Positions 1 through 13,679 of a stretch of DNA of 64,000 bases are shown piece by piece. The position numbers were made by a program, and so were the translations under genes. Within the stretch, counting starts at the first letter, position 1; each line of letters starts with the position of its first letter. The notes below the pieces were generated by a model. It was given only the letters and a program-made list of their open reading frames with translations, searched no databases and was not told the DNA's origin. This stretch comes from Raja brachyura (taxonomy: Eukaryota): positions 5,456,001 to 5,520,000 of the forward strand of contig OY740783.1 of assembly GCA_963514005.1 (NCBI GenBank). Direction: 5' to 3'.

Positions 1-300
1 GGGAGCACTCTATGGGTTAAAGGCTTATTGTACCTATATGCATCATGTGCATGTTCAACTTCAGATTGACAACACTACAGCAGTAGTGTACATTAATCAC
101 ATGGGTGGAAGTAAGTCTGTATCCTGTGATAAATTGTCTAATCTCATTTGGCACTGGTGTATTACGAGAAACATCTGGGTTTCAACTATCTGCTTACCAG
201 GTAGATATAACATGATGGCAGACACCAGGTCATGACAATTCAATGACAACAAGGAATGGATGTTGAATCACGAAGTGTTTAATGACATTGTCATTCGTTA
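1..300 (+). mobile_element. DIRS1-type retrotransposon, RNase H region (5' part, runs off window)
   Basis: QIDNTTAVVYINHMGG...LPGRYNMMADTRS motifs; the reading continues at 5020 after a nested insertion (GTTAT repeated at both junctions). Confidence 0.88.
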
Positions 301-389
301 TTTACAAATTAGCCAGAAAAAGCAGCCTACCAGAGGACTGGGAGAAATTCAGAGTCCAGCAGAGGAGGACAAAGGGCTTAATTAGGAAA

Positions 390-1435
390 GTCAAGTCAAG
401 TCAAACAAACTGTATTGTCATTTAGAAATACATCAATATATGCAATTCCAAATGAAATTCCGTTGCATTTGGCTCCCCGTGCAACACGATAATTAACAGA
501 AGGGTAAAATGGGAAAAAAATGGATAAAAGGATAAAATAGACCATGGTGGCAGCCCATTACATGGCATTCAGGAGTCTGATGGCTCATGGGAAGAAGCTG
601 TTGCAGAACCTTGATGTTCTGCTCCTTATGCTACGATATATTTTGCCCGAGGGCAACAAGAGTGAACAGTCTGTGATGGAGATGTGTGGGGTCTTTTATA
701 ATACTGCTGGCCTTAGACATGCAACGTTTGGTCACAATATCCGCAATTGAGGGGAGAGAAGTCCCTATGATTTTTTCCGCTGTCCTCACCACTCCCTGCA
801 CAGACTTCCATTCAGAGGCTTTACAGTCCCCAAACCAGACAGAGATACAAAATACTCTCTATGGTGCCCCTGTAGAAAGTAGTGAGGATGGGATGGGGGA
901 GAAGAGCTCTTCTCATCCGGCGCAGAAAGTGCAACTGCTGCTGCGCTCTCTTAACTGTTGATGAGATGTTATTTGACCAGGTCAGACTGTTAGTGATCTG
1001 CACCCCCAGGAACTTAGTGCTACTGACCACCTCCACATTGCTGTCATTGATGTGAAGTGGTGTAGGACTGTGCCAGTTTTTCCTGAAGTCGACAATGACC
1101 TCCTTTGTTTTTTCGACATTCAGGATCAGGTTGTTCATATTGCACCAGTCCACCAGTTGTTTCACCTCCTCCCTGTAAGCCAGCTCATTGTCGTCCCTGA
1201 TGAGGCCCACCACTGTTGTGTCATCTGCGTACTTCATGATGTGGCTTGTACTAAACCTGGCACAACAGTTGTGGGTCATCAGGGTAAACAGCAGTGGACT
1301 CAGGACACAGCCCTGAGGGGAGACGGTGCTCAGAGTGATGATGTTAGAGATGTTATTTACAACCCTCATTGACTGGGAGGGAAAACTCAGTGAGGAAGTC
1401 CAGTAGCCAGTTACACATGGGGATGCTAAGGCCCA
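390..1435 (-). mobile_element. Rex1/Babar-like LINE 3' fragment
   Basis: PQGCVLSPLLFTLMT...KYADDTTVVGLI...LNVEKTKEVIVDFRK; (TTGAC)n tail at about 390-404. Confidence 0.75.
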
Positions 1436-1438
1436 ATG

Positions 1439-2867
1439 GAACCATATAACAATTACAGCACGGAAACAGGCCCTCTCGGCCCTTCCAGTCCGTGCCGACC
1501 ATTTATTTTCCCCTAGTCCCATCTACCTGCACTCAGACCATACCCCTCCATTCCCTTCCCGTCCATATACCTATCCACTTTACTTTTAAATGTTAAAATC
1601 GATCCTGCCTCCACCACTTCTGCTGGAAGCTCATTCCACACAGCCACCACTCTCTGAGTAAAGAAGTTCCCCCTCATGTTACCCCTAAACTTCTGTCCCT
1701 TAATTCTCATGTCATGCCCTCTTGTTTGAATCTGCCCTACCCTCAATGGGAAAAGCTTATCCACGTCAACTCTGTCTATCCCTTTCATCATTTTAAAGAC
1801 CTCAATCAAGTCCCCCCTTAACCTTCTGTGCTGCAAAGAATAAAGACCTAACTTGTTCAACCTTTCTCTGTAACTTAGTTGCTGGAACCCAGGCAACATT
1901 CTTGTAAATCTCCTCTGTACTCTCTCTATTTTGTTGACATCCTTCCTATAATTAGGCGACCAAAATTGTACACCATTCTCCAGAATTGGTCTTACCAATG
2001 TATTGAACAATTTTAACATTATTTCCCGACTCCTATATTCAATGCTCTGATTTATAAAGGCCAGCACACCAAAAGCTTTCTTTACCACCCTATCTACATG
2101 CAATTCCACCTTCAAGAAACTATGCACAGTTAATCCTAGATCCCTCTGTTCCACAGCATTCCTCAATTCCCTACCATTAACCATGTACGTCCTATTTTGA
2201 TTTGTCCTGCCAAGATGTAGCACTTCACACTTATCAGCATTAAACTCCATCTGCCATCTTTCAGCCCACTTTTCCAAATGGCCCAAATTCTCTGTAGACT
2301 TTGAAAATTTACTTCATTATCCACAACACCACCTATCTTAGTATCATCTGCATACTTACTTATCCAATTTTGCACCCCATCATCCAGATCATTGATGTAC
2401 ATGACAAACAACAGTGTACCCAACACAGATCCCTGAGGCACCCCACTGGTTTCCAACCTGACAAACAGCCATCCACCATTACTCCCTGACATCTCCCATT
2501 CAGCCACTGTTGAATCCATCTTGCTACTCCGCCATTAACACCCAAATATTGAATCTTCTTTACCAACCTTCCATGGGGAACCTTGTCAAAGGCCTTACTG
2601 AAATCCATATAGACAACATCCACTGCTTTACCCTCATCAATTTCCCAAGTAACCTCTTCAAAAAATTCAAGAAGGTTTGTCAAACATGACCTTCCAGGCA
2701 CAAATCCATGTTGACTGTTCCTGATCAGACCCTGTTTTTTTCCAGATGCTTATATATATTATCTCTAAGTATCCTTTCCATTAATTTTCTCACCACTGAC
2801 GTCAAACTAACAGGTCTATAATTGCTAGGTTTATTCTTTGAACCCTTTTTAAACAATGGAACAACAT
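1439..2867 (-). mobile_element. CR1-type LINE family B ((GGTTATAT)n tail), 5'-truncated and frameshifted
   Basis: RT ORFs 2360-2701, 2163-2519, 1513-2286; same family as 50457-51772 and 58184-60730. Confidence 0.88.
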
Positions 2868-3683
2868 CCCCAGGATAAATGGATAATCCCCAGGGCAAAG
2901 ATAGGCTGCATCCCAGAGTACTTAAGGAAGTAGCCCCAGAAATAGTGGATGCATTAGTGATAATTTTTCAAAACTCTTTAGATTCTGGAGTAGTTCCTGA
3001 GGATTGGAGGGTAGCTAATGTAACCCCACTTTTTAAAAAGGGAGGGAGAGAGAAAACGGGGAATTACAGACCAGTTAGTCTAACATCGGTAGTGGAGAAA
3101 ATGCTAGTCAGTTATTAAAGATGGGATAGCAGTACATTTGGAAAGTGGTGAAATCATTGGACAAAGTCAGCATGGATTTATGAAAGGTAAATCATGTCTG
3201 ATGAATCACTTAGAATTTTTCGAGGACGTAACTAGTAGAGTGGATAAGGGAGAACCTGTGGATGTGTTATATCTGGACTGTCAGAAGGCTTTCGACAATG
3301 TCCCACGTAAGAGATTAGTATACAAACATAAAGCACACGGTATTGGGGGTTCAGTATTGATGTGGATAGAGAACTGGCTGGCAGACAGGAAACAAAGAGT
3401 AGGAGTAAACGGGTCATTTTCAGAATGACAGGCAGTGACTAATGGGGTACCGCAAGGCTCAGTGCTGGGACCCCAGCTATTTACAATATATATTAATGAT
3501 CTGGATGAGGGAATTGAATGCAACATCTCCAGGTTTGCGGATGACACGAAGCTGGGGGGAAGTGTTAGCTGTGAGGAGGATGCTAGGAGGCAGCAAGGTG
3601 ACTTGGATAGGTTGGGTGAGTGGGAAAATGCATGGCAGATGCAGTATAATGTGGATAAATGTGAGGATATACACTTTGGTGGC

Positions 3684-4257
3684 TGTTAGGTACTTCCCCT
3701 CCCCCCCCTGGTGAATGCGATGTACTTCCCTTTCTGTTTCTCTGCAGGCCGTGTCTGGGAGCCAGGAATCAAAGGGTTAAGAGCTTCTGTACCTGATTGG
3801 CCAAGCTACGTCAGGTGACTCATTGGTAGCTTAAAAGGCAGAAGCTCCCAGAATTCTCTCTCTTCATGCTAGATCCCTGAAGTAAGAGGTGCCGGTCTGA
3901 GCTGCATGAGGCCTGTCCGCATGGCACAGCACTTTGTGTATTTGTCGCATATTTTTTCCAAATTAATGTTGTATTGGGATGGAAGGGATGACCTGAGATT
4001 TTTTGGGTATTTTTGGTTGCAGGGTTATGTCTGTATAGGCAGGATTAGAGTCTTCAATCCGACGGCCCATTGGGAGGCTGGCTGGAGCACACTTATATAT
4101 TATTTGTTAGCCGATTCTGGCCCCTGACCGTGGTGTTTAAATCAACCAGGTTTTGTGTTAGTTTAACACAATTAAAGACTGTTTTTTCATCTTAAACTTG
4201 ACCCTCATTTTGATTTGTTATGCGACTCTGAGGAACCTGCCTTCGGGAGTCGTAACA
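3684..4257 (+). mobile_element. Solo LTR, 574 bp
   Basis: TGTTA...TAACA termini, 5-bp TSD GTGGC/GTGAC, cleanly interrupts a CR1 ORF, ATTAAA near the 3' end. Confidence 0.8.
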
Positions 4258-5019
4258 GTGACAAAAACAGGAAAGTAGACTATTGTCTGAACGGTGGCCA
4301 ATTAGGAAAAGGGGAGATGCAACGAGACCTGGGCTTCATTTAAAGTAGGCCTGCAGGTGCAGCAGGCAGTGAAGAAAGTGAATGGTATGTTATCTTTCAT
4401 AGCAAAAGGATTTGAGTATAGGAGCAGGGAGGTTCTACTTCAGTTGTACAGGTCTTGGTGAGGCCACACCTGGAGTATTGCATCCAGTTTTGGTCTCAAT
4501 AATCTGAGGAAAGACATTGTTGCCGTAGAGGGAGTACAGAGAAGGTTCACCAGACTGATTCCTGGAATGGCAGGATTTCCATATGAAGAAAGACTGGATA
4601 GACTCGGCTTGTACTCGCTGGAATTTAGGGGGGATCTTATAGAATCTTGCAAAATTCTTAAGGGGTTGGACAGGCTAGATGCAGGAAGATTGTTCCCGAT
4701 GTTGGGGAAGTCCAGAACAAGGGGTCACAATTTAAGGATAAGGGGGAATTCCTTTAGGAACGGGATGAGGAAACATTTTTCACACAGAGAGTGGTGAGTG
4801 TCTGGAATTCTCTGCCACAGAATGTAGTTGAGGGCAGTTCATAGGCTATATTTATGAGTTGAGTTAGATGTGGCCCTTGTGGCTAAAGTGATCAGGGGGT
4901 ATGGAGAGAAGGCAGGTACAGGATACTGAGTTGGATGATCAGCCATAATCATATTGAATGGCGGTGCAGGCTCGATTGGCCTACTCCTGCACCTATTTTC
5001 TATGTTTCTATGTTTCTAT

Positions 5020-6874
5020 GTTATGGTGTACCGGACATTGATCTGTTTGCATCCAGGTTTAATCATCAGTTACCAAATTACGTGTCATGGGAGCCAGACC
5101 TAGGGGCAGTAGCAGTTGATGCATTCTCGCTACACTGGGGTGGAAAATATTTATATGTATTTCCCCCATTCTGCCTCATCAGTCGATGCTTGGCCAAGAT
5201 CAAGCAAGACTCCACTTCTGGCATATTAGTAGTACCAGACTGGCCGACTCAGCATTGGTTCCCACTCGTCCGAGCTATAATTACACAGCCGTTTATGGCT
5301 CTCCCCAAGAGCAGAAATCTGCTGGTACACCCTGTGACAGGGGAAAGCCATCCTCTTCATGACCGTATAACTGTATTTGTTTGCCGATTCTGAGGAGACC
5401 GTTCCTGGGGCTCGGGCTTTCAGAGCGTACGATAGATGTGATCACTGCGGCCTTGAGGAAGAGCACCCAAAAACAGTACCTCACTCACATAAGGAAATGG
5501 GAGATGTACTGTTCTCTCTCAAAAATTTCATATGACACGGCCTCCATCACGGATGTTTTGCAGTTTCTTTCATCACTTTTCTATGATCAGAAGCTCAGTT
5601 ACAGTGCCATAAATAGTGCTAGGAGTGCTTTGTCATCTTATTTATGGCTGGGGTCAGGGATCACACTGTAGGATCTCATCCCTTAATAACTGAATTCATG
5701 AAGGGCATTTTTAACTCTCCTTCCCCTAGGCCTACGTATTCACAGATGTGGGATGTGAGCGCGGTTCTCACGCTGCTCCGTCAGTGGGCATCAGCTTCAT
5801 CCCAGTCTCTGCATTATCTCACACTCAAGGTAGTCATGCTCATGGCGCTGGCCTCAGCTCAACGAGTCCAGATGTTACATAAACTTAGACTGGACAGCAT
5901 GATTACATCTTGTGACCACATCACCTTTTTTGTTCATGATCTCATTAAGCAGAGCAGGCCAGGGATGTTGGGGCTAGAATTGAGTTTTATGCCTTACCCC
6001 TTAGACCTACGGTTGTGTGCGATATCTCACATATTACAATACGTTAGGGTCACTAAGAGCCTCAGAGGCTCAGAACTTTCCTTATTCGTCAGCTACACCA
6101 AACCTCATAGGAAGGTTACAGTGCAGACCATCTCAAAATGGATTAAACAGTTTCTGGCATGTGCAGGAGTGAACACTGACACCTTTAAACCTAATTCCAC
6201 CAGGGTTGCATCGACATCAGCAGCAAGGGATATGGACGTCCCTCTAGACCACATTCTAGCGGCTGCGGGATGGTCTAATGAGCGGACGTACCAAAGATTT
6301 TATAACAAACCTATCGCCAGACCGGGGACTTTCGGTAATTCTGTTTTAAGTTCTGTTTCACAGTTTCCCCCTGGGTCAGAGAGGTCACTGTTAATTTTCT
6401 TTTCGCTATTAAAACATTAGCATTTTTATCCATGTCATGTTTGAATGCATTAATTCTTTCTCACTCATCCTGGTCAATTTATGCAGTGTGGGACGCATGG
6501 ACTAGTTTCCACGGCATGAAATCACAGAGCTTCAAAATCTTCATGTAGTCACTCACATGACTCCGAAGTAAAATAGTAAGATTAAACGAGAACTTACCAG
6601 TTTGAAGTTTGATCTTTATTTTATGAGGCGTTACGATGAGCGATTACGTGCCCTCCGCTCCCGACCCTCGTAACATAAAGATCTTTCTGGAAGTTCTAGT
6701 CAACTCAAATATTACTATTTTAGTTCAACAACTGTTCTTCCGTGATTTCACATCGCTGCTTTGAAGATTGACGCGCATGCAGGTTGACGACCTTCTTCAC
6801 GTAATCGCTCATCGTAACTCCTCATGACATAAAGATCAAACTCCAAACTGGTAAGTTCTCATTTAATCTTACTA
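5020..6874 (+). mobile_element. DIRS1-type retrotransposon 3' part: methyltransferase-like domain, frameshifted tyrosine recombinase, terminal inverted structure
   Basis: IDLFAS...YVFPPF (DAM-like); recombinase split over ORFs 5381-5671 and 5644-6420 with SAQR, PNSTR (H to N), AAGW, FY; inverted repeat 6574-6650 / 6798-6874. Confidence 0.9.
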
Positions 6875-6989
6875 ATATGTGGTACAAATCCAAATGCATT
6901 TTAGATGTCCAAAAACGCTACATTCCAACATCTTCTCTCAAGCATGGCAGTCTGAACCTGGTGCCATAACTGTTCAAAACTGTGTTCAA

Positions 6990-9525
6990 ACAGAATCAGG
7001 TTTTGACAGTATGAGACGGAAATTAGCTAGGATAAACTGGCAAGTGATACTTAATGGCTTGATGATGGATATGTAATGGCAAAGATTTAAAGATCGTATG
7101 GATGAATTGCAACAATTGTTCACCCCTGTTTGGCGTAAAAATAAAACAGGGAAGGCGGCTCAACTGTGGATAATGATCGAAATTGGGGACATTGTTAAAT
7201 CCAAAGCGTACAAATTGGCCAGAGGAAGCAGCAAACCGGTGGACTGGGAGAAATTTAAAATTTAACAGAAGAGGACAAAGGGTTTAATTAAGAGGGGGAA
7301 AGTGGAGCATGAAAGGAAGCATGTGAGGAAAATATTAGTGAAGACAAATGTAGGTCCCTTACAGTCAGAAACAGGTTAATTTATAATGGGAAACAAGAAA
7401 ATGGCAGACCAGTTAAACAAATACTTTGGTTCTGTCTTCACTAAGGACGACACAAACATTCTCCCAGAAATACAAGGGGACCCAGGATCCAGTAGGAGGG
7501 AGGAAGTGAAGGAAATCAACATCAGTCAGGGAATGTTGTTAGGTAAACTGTTGGGATTGAAGGCAGATAAATCCCCAGAGCCTGATGGTCTGCATGCAAA
7601 CCAACTCAAGGAGGTGGCTCTCGAAATCGTGGATGCATTCGTGATCATTTTCCAATGTTCTATAGACACTGGATCATCTCCTGTGGACTGGAGGGTAGCT
7701 CATATAACCCCACTTTTTAAGGAAGGACGGAGAGAGAAAACATGGAATTATAGACCAGTTAGCCTGACATCGGTAGTGGGGAAGATGCTTGAGTCGATTA
7801 TTAAAGATGTTATAGCAGCGCATTTGGAAAGCACTGACAGGATCGGTCAAAATCGGCATGGATTTCTGAAGGGGAAACCATGCTTTTTTTTTGTTAGAAG
7901 TACAGTAATGTAGTACCTGATACATACATACATACATACATACATACATACATGTTGCCATTCTTGTACAAGTTCTTATTTTTTAAATAGCAGTGATAGA
8001 AAAAGGAAAATAATGAGTGTCGAGATAGATAGACAAGAGAGGAGAAACAGATAGCGAGAGAGACAAAAAGCAGAGATAAGAAACTAAGGAGATTGAAAAA
8101 GAAAAAGAAAATAGAAAGAAAATAAATTAGGAGAGATATACCTATTTAATATCTTTACCCATCCATCACCCGGTTCTGAACCATTTAATTTCTAAGGTTA
8201 TGTTATGTTGCACCATATGCTTGTAAGAAGTCGATAAAAGGAGACCAAGTCTTTAAGAATTGGTCTACTTTGCCTAGTAGGAGGAATCTCATTTCTTCAA
8301 GATGTAGCGTTTCCGTCATATTTGAAACCCACATTTTGTACGTTGGCGTGGATGCGTTTTTCCAAAATTTAAGTATAAGTTTTTTTGCTGTTATTAAACC
8401 ATAATTAAAGAGCGCTTCTTGGAACGTAGTTAATTTACGCCCCTCTTCCATTGATCCGAAGATAATCAGTTCTGTATTGGGGTTCAAATTTGTGCTGAAT
8501 AGTTTTGTAAAAGTTCCGAAGATTTCATTCCAATTTTGTACAGGAGACAAAGGAATGTGCTATAGTGGCATTTTGAGTTAGACATTTGTCACAAATGGGA
8601 GAAACATTTGGAAATATTTTATTCAACCTGGTTTTCGAGTAATATAGTCTATGTAAAATTTTAAATTGAATTAATGCTTGAAAAATTGGAAACCATGCTT
8701 GAATAATCTTCCGGAATTTTTTGAGTATGTAAGAGGGAAAATGAATAAGGGAGAGCCAATGGATGTGGTGTATCTGGACTACCTAATGCCCTTTGAAAAG
8801 GTCCCACACAATTGATTAGTGTGCAAAATGAGCGCACATGGTATTGGGGGGTGAGATATTGTCACGGATAGAAAACTGGTTGGCAGACAGGAAGCAAAGA
8901 GTAGCATATTAACGGGCCATTTTCAGAATGACAGGCCGTGACTAGTGGGTGGCTCAAGGCTCAATGCTGGTACCCCCAGGTATTTTCTATATATATTAAC
9001 GGTTTGGACGAAGGAATTAAATTTAACATCTCCAAGTTTGCGAATGACACAGAACCGGGTGGTAGTGTGAGTTTCAAGGAGGACTATTTGAGGCTACATG
9101 GTGACTTGGATATGTTGGGTCAGTGGACATATGCACGGTAGATATAGATATATGCACGGTACAGTATAATGTGGATACATTTGAGGCTATCCATTTTGGT
9201 GGCAAGAAAAATAAGGTAGATTATTATCTGAATGGTGTCAGATTAGGAAAAGGGAAGGTGCAACGAGACCTGTGTGTCCTTGTACATCAGTCACTGAAAA
9301 TAAACATGCAGGTTAGGCAGGCAGTGAAGAAAGTAACTGGCTTGTTGGCCTTCACAGTGAGGGGATTTGCGTATAGGAGCAAGGATGTCCCACTGCAGAT
9401 GTACAGGGCCCTGGTGAGACCACACCTATAGTATGGTGTGCAATTGTATCTCCTAATTTGAGGAAGAACATTCTTGCCATTGAATGAGTACAGCTTACGT
9501 TCATCAGGTTAATTCCCGGGATGCC
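6990..9525 (+). mobile_element. Degenerate CR1 LINE split by an L1 insertion
   Basis: ORF 7386-7913 and RT fragments 8700-9525. Confidence 0.85.
7886..8687 (-). mobile_element. L1-clade LINE 3' fragment
   Basis: ORF2 C-terminus (LILKFWK...W..FI), polyA at about 7884-7892, 13-bp TSD GGAAACCATGCTT (7873-7885 / 8688-8700); contains (TACA)n at 7921-7952. Confidence 0.88.
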
Positions 9526-11429
9526 AGACATAAAAACAGCTTTTTTCCACAAACAGCAGTTCTACTTAATAACCAAAAGTCTGTAAACTCCTTTTGCTCT
9601 GCTATTTTATTTCATTCACATGTTTGAACTATAATGTTTTATTCTTAATATTTTAATGTTTTATGTTTTATTCTTAATGGTTTAGTCTTAATGCGAGCGG
9701 AGCACCAAGACAAAATCTTTGTGACTGCATATACGTGGCCAATATGATGAAAGAATGGAGCGACTAGGCTTAAATCTCTTCCCTGTACGGGTGACCCAAC
9801 CTTTTCCCTGTTGTCATTGGGGCCTAGCACCGTGGAGCGGCCTCCAACCGGTACGACCCGGGCGCTCCAGTCGCGGAGCCTGCGGCCTCACCATCGCGGA
9901 GCTGGCCGGCTTCGGGGCGTGGAGAGCTGTGATGATACACGGCTGCGACCCGACTCGCAGCGGAGGCTCCAGCTGCAGGTCCGATGGACGGTGACATCAG
10001 GAGCTCGCGGGTCCCTGGTGGGAGACCGCTTTTCGGTGCTCCTGCAATGGCAGGGCTGCCAACTTTCACACATTGAACGTGAGACTAACGCGTTTGAGGA
10101 AATTCTCACGCCCTCACGCTGATGACAGAAGTTCTCACGCTCAAAAAAATATTTTAAAAAATGTATGAATAAATAAATAAAGTCACACTCCTCCACACTC
10201 ACCAATGGGAATAGTTTTTTGTTGGCAGGTACCCCGTAAAGAACGAGCAATTTTATTGGCTTAAGCCCATCGCACACTATTTAAAATGGCAATGTAGGCA
10301 AAAATGCTGGAGAAACTCAGCGGGTGAGGCAGCATCTATGTCTGAGTTTGACCCTTCTTCAGATTCAAGCATTTCTCCAGGATTTTTATCTACCGCTCTA
10401 TAGATGCTGCCTCACCCGCATTCACATTCCCGTGCAGATGGGTGGTCCCAGCACTTCCCCCGTGTCCCCCCCTGAGGCACCGCTCACATCTCCCACCCTC
10501 ACCTCCGGCGGCTCTGTCATGGAGTTTTAACCCCGGCCCGGAGCCAGGAGCCGACCGGGTGAGTGGGGGCATAGGGCCGCCTCCGGAGCCGCGGGGATGA
10601 ATCTCGGGCTAAGGCGCCGCTCCGATGCCTGACCCCCGGGTCACTGACCCTCACCTCCCCCGGACCACCGGGCCACTGACCCTCACCTCCCCTGGACCCA
10701 AGCTGGACACAGAGAACCTGGCTGGCCCGCATTCCCGGGGAGGGGGGGAGAGAGGGAAATGCTCCCCGGATGTCGCCAAGTCTCCGCTCACTCCGGGTGT
10801 TGTCGCCGTTTCACTGACACACACTCTCGCACACACTGGCACAGACAAAGTTTAAAGGGATTTGGGCCAGATGGGAATAAATGGGACTACTTTAGATGGG
10901 GCATCTTGATCTGCATGAACAAGTTGGGATGAAGGGCCTGTTTCCATGCTGTAAGACTATGACACACTGTAGAAAGGGTGCAATTGCTCTGGAGAGGATC
11001 CAGGGACGATTTATGAACATATTGGCGGGGCTGGCATTTTTATTTTCACTTTGAAGAAAGATTTGATAACTGGAATTGTATTCTCTGCAGCAACGGAGGT
11101 GAAGAAGAGACTTAGTTGAGGTGAATAATATTATGAGAATAGGACCTGTTTCGCTTAATAAGGAGTGTAAGAAGGAACTGCAGATGCTGGCTTAAACTAA
11201 AGATAGATACTAAAAGCTGGAATAACTCAGCAGGACATGTAGCATCTCTGGAGAGAAAGAATAGGTGATGTTTCGGGTCGAGACCTTCAGACTGAAGAGG
11301 TTGAAAACCAGCCATAAAACACAATGACTGGAGATGTGTGTTATCCAATTAATGGCAGGAATTAGAATCATGTGTTCATCTTTATTGACGTGTCACCATA
11401 ATAAATATTACAGAAAAAATAATTTAATG

Positions 11430-11702
11430 GGGTGCCACGGTGGCGCATCGTTAGAGTTGCTGCCTTGCAGCACCACAGACCCAGATTTGATCCTGACTAC
11501 GGGTGCTGTCTGTACAGTATTTATACATTCTCCTTATGACCACATGGTTTTCTGTGGAAATTCCGGTTTCTCCCACATCTGAGAGAAGTGCAGGTTTGTA
11601 GGTTAATTGGCTTCTGTAAATTGTCCGTGGCGTGTAGGATACAACTGGTGTATGATAGATTGCGGTCGGTGTCGACTTGGTGGGCCGAAGGGCCTGTTTC
11701 CA
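11430..11702 (+). mobile_element. tRNA-derived V-SINE (HE1-like)
   Basis: tRNA-like head, central GTGCAGGTTTGTAGGTTAATTGGC domain, LINE-like tail GGGCCGAAGGGCCTGTTTCC. Confidence 0.75.
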
Positions 11703-12471
11703 TATATATGTTTTACATATATATCTTAATTTCATTGAACAATATATGGTTGATTATGTGGAATTATTTTCATCTTGTGTCTATAGTCAAAGGGTAAGTT
11801 TTATTGATTTATTTGTGCAGATCAGTGATGGAAGTCAGATTCTTCTTGCTTTTTTCTATGTTTTGGTTTCTCTATATTTTCATAACATCTCTATATATGA
11901 ATTATAATCTGATTTCCATACATGAATATACTAATGTCATTCATGTGCTGCACCTGTTGATCAGAGTCTGGCTCTACTGTGGAATGTAATTAGGAATGTA
12001 ATTTAGCCTAACCTTATTCACACCTGATCCAATTTGAAGCATAAATATTGCATTGTGTAAGTTAAAAGTATGCACCAGATTCCACAATTTCAAACTGAAA
12101 AATGCAAAAGCTTCCTACCATGGGAGGTGGGACAGCAAGAGAGTTTTGAATCTGTGGAATTCACTGCCACAGAAGGCAGTGGAGGCCAATTCACTGTGTG
12201 TTTCCAAAACAGAATTAGATATACTATACATCTTGGATCTAATGGAATCAAGGGATATCGGGAGAAAGCAGGAATGGAGTAATGATTTTGGATGATCAGC
12301 CATGATCATATGGAATGGCGGTGCTGGCTCGAAAGGCCGAATGGCCCCTATTTTCTATGTTTCTATATTTTACTCACGTGTTCTAATCTGCTTCTGCACT
12401 GATATCGATTAACCTGCGAAATTAAATCTTTGTAAATAATTTGCTGGCCTCTGTGACTTTATGTTAAAAAA

Positions 12472-12780
12472 AAATCTACATTTAGGAGACATAGAGCCTA
12501 AACTGCCTTAACTCTGGAGACTCTTTCTTCGTGGGAATGAAAATCCCCCCTGCCCTCCTCCAAACCCTTGGTATGACCTGCTTCTGCCAAACTATTCGCA
12601 AAAGCGTCTGCGAGAATCTAAGCACATCAGATGCACGTTTATATGCTTGGTAAGAGACTCAACTCGGCCCTGGAGCTGAATAAGCCTTTTCACGCCATAT
12701 TACTCCTTTAACTTCGGTGGCAAAACATCTAACATATGCTCTATCTCTCCTAAGGTTGGTAGATCTGGAGGGAACATGGG
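12472..12780 (-). mobile_element. Degenerate RT fragment of an RLE-type non-LTR element (Hero-like)
   Basis: Hand translation across frameshifts: FPPDLPTLGEIEHMLDVLPPK / KAYSAPGPS*VSYQAYKRASDVLRF...IVWQKQVIPRVWRRAGGIFIP...CLLNV. Clade recalled from motif. Confidence 0.55.
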
Positions 12781-13673
12781 CCCGACACTGGGCCCTATGA
12801 CGGCAGGCCCAGTCAGTAATCAAACAACCTAAGGTCCAGAAACACAAAGCACACAGAGTTGGTCTTGCATTATGCCACGGAAAGTAGGCCCAATCTCTAT
12901 TCAAATTACTCTGGGCCCAGTAACTATAGTTGCAGTTACCCTGATAGTGCGCTGAATGGGCCAAATGCAACCAAATGAGACTAGTCCATGATACCCAACT
13001 AGTGGGATGGGTAGATTGCATCGCTTTGTGTCTCCGTGTGGACTATTCTTATTTGGGGGGCAATATTCCCTCACTCCTTGCTGTCAAAGGCCGCACCAAC
13101 GTCCCAGTAAAAGCGTAACCACGATGGGTACGAGGCAAATCGATCTGAACTAATTTACTATCCGTTGGTGTAATGTGATCCCAGCTAATTCCAGATGCTG
13201 ACGAATAATTCTTAATGTCTATCCTTGTCTCTTGCCCGTTCTAGACTCCATACCCAGAATCATACCCATGTACGTTGCTGGCCTCTCTGACGGTGTTGGC
13301 TGCATCAGGTGCACATTCGTTGCTTTGAAACATTTCTTTGAATATTCGACAGACATATAAGAGGGTGTGTGATATTGCTTAGTGCTTGGTGGAGCAGGCA
13401 GTTTGTCATCACACCTATTTGTCGAAGATAGTTACTGTATAAGGGGAGGTTGCGAAAAGCTTCTCCTGGAACTTTGGCATAAAATGCACTCAAATATATA
13501 TGACCTTAACTTCATCGTACACCCAAGCACGCAATGACCGCATAATCGAAGTGATTCCTATTCTACCAACCAGCGATTTGAGAGAAATTATCTTTAGGCG
13601 TATTTAGCACCAGGTGCTGGTTCCTTCGAGAAACAAACTTAGCAAACCAGGTTCGGCTTTATGTAATTCCGCT

Positions 13674-13679
13674 TTTATT
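13674..13679 (-). terminator. Candidate polyA signal of the membrane-form mRNA
   Basis: First AATAAA I found on minus downstream of TM2 (about 770 nt); unverified. Confidence 0.4.

Larger units (their letters stand above)
301..5019 (+). mobile_element. CR1-type LINE (family A, (TTTCTATG)n tail), interrupted by three insertions; pieces at 301-390, 2868-3683, 4258-5019
   Basis: RT motifs [23 protein letters not shown]; 3' UTR and tail at about 4930-5019. Confidence 0.88.

Noticed and set aside
4935-6420. Methyltransferase plus integrase as a prokaryotic or phage module
   Set aside because: Domain order with the upstream RNase H and the terminal inverted repeat is the standard DIRS1 layout.
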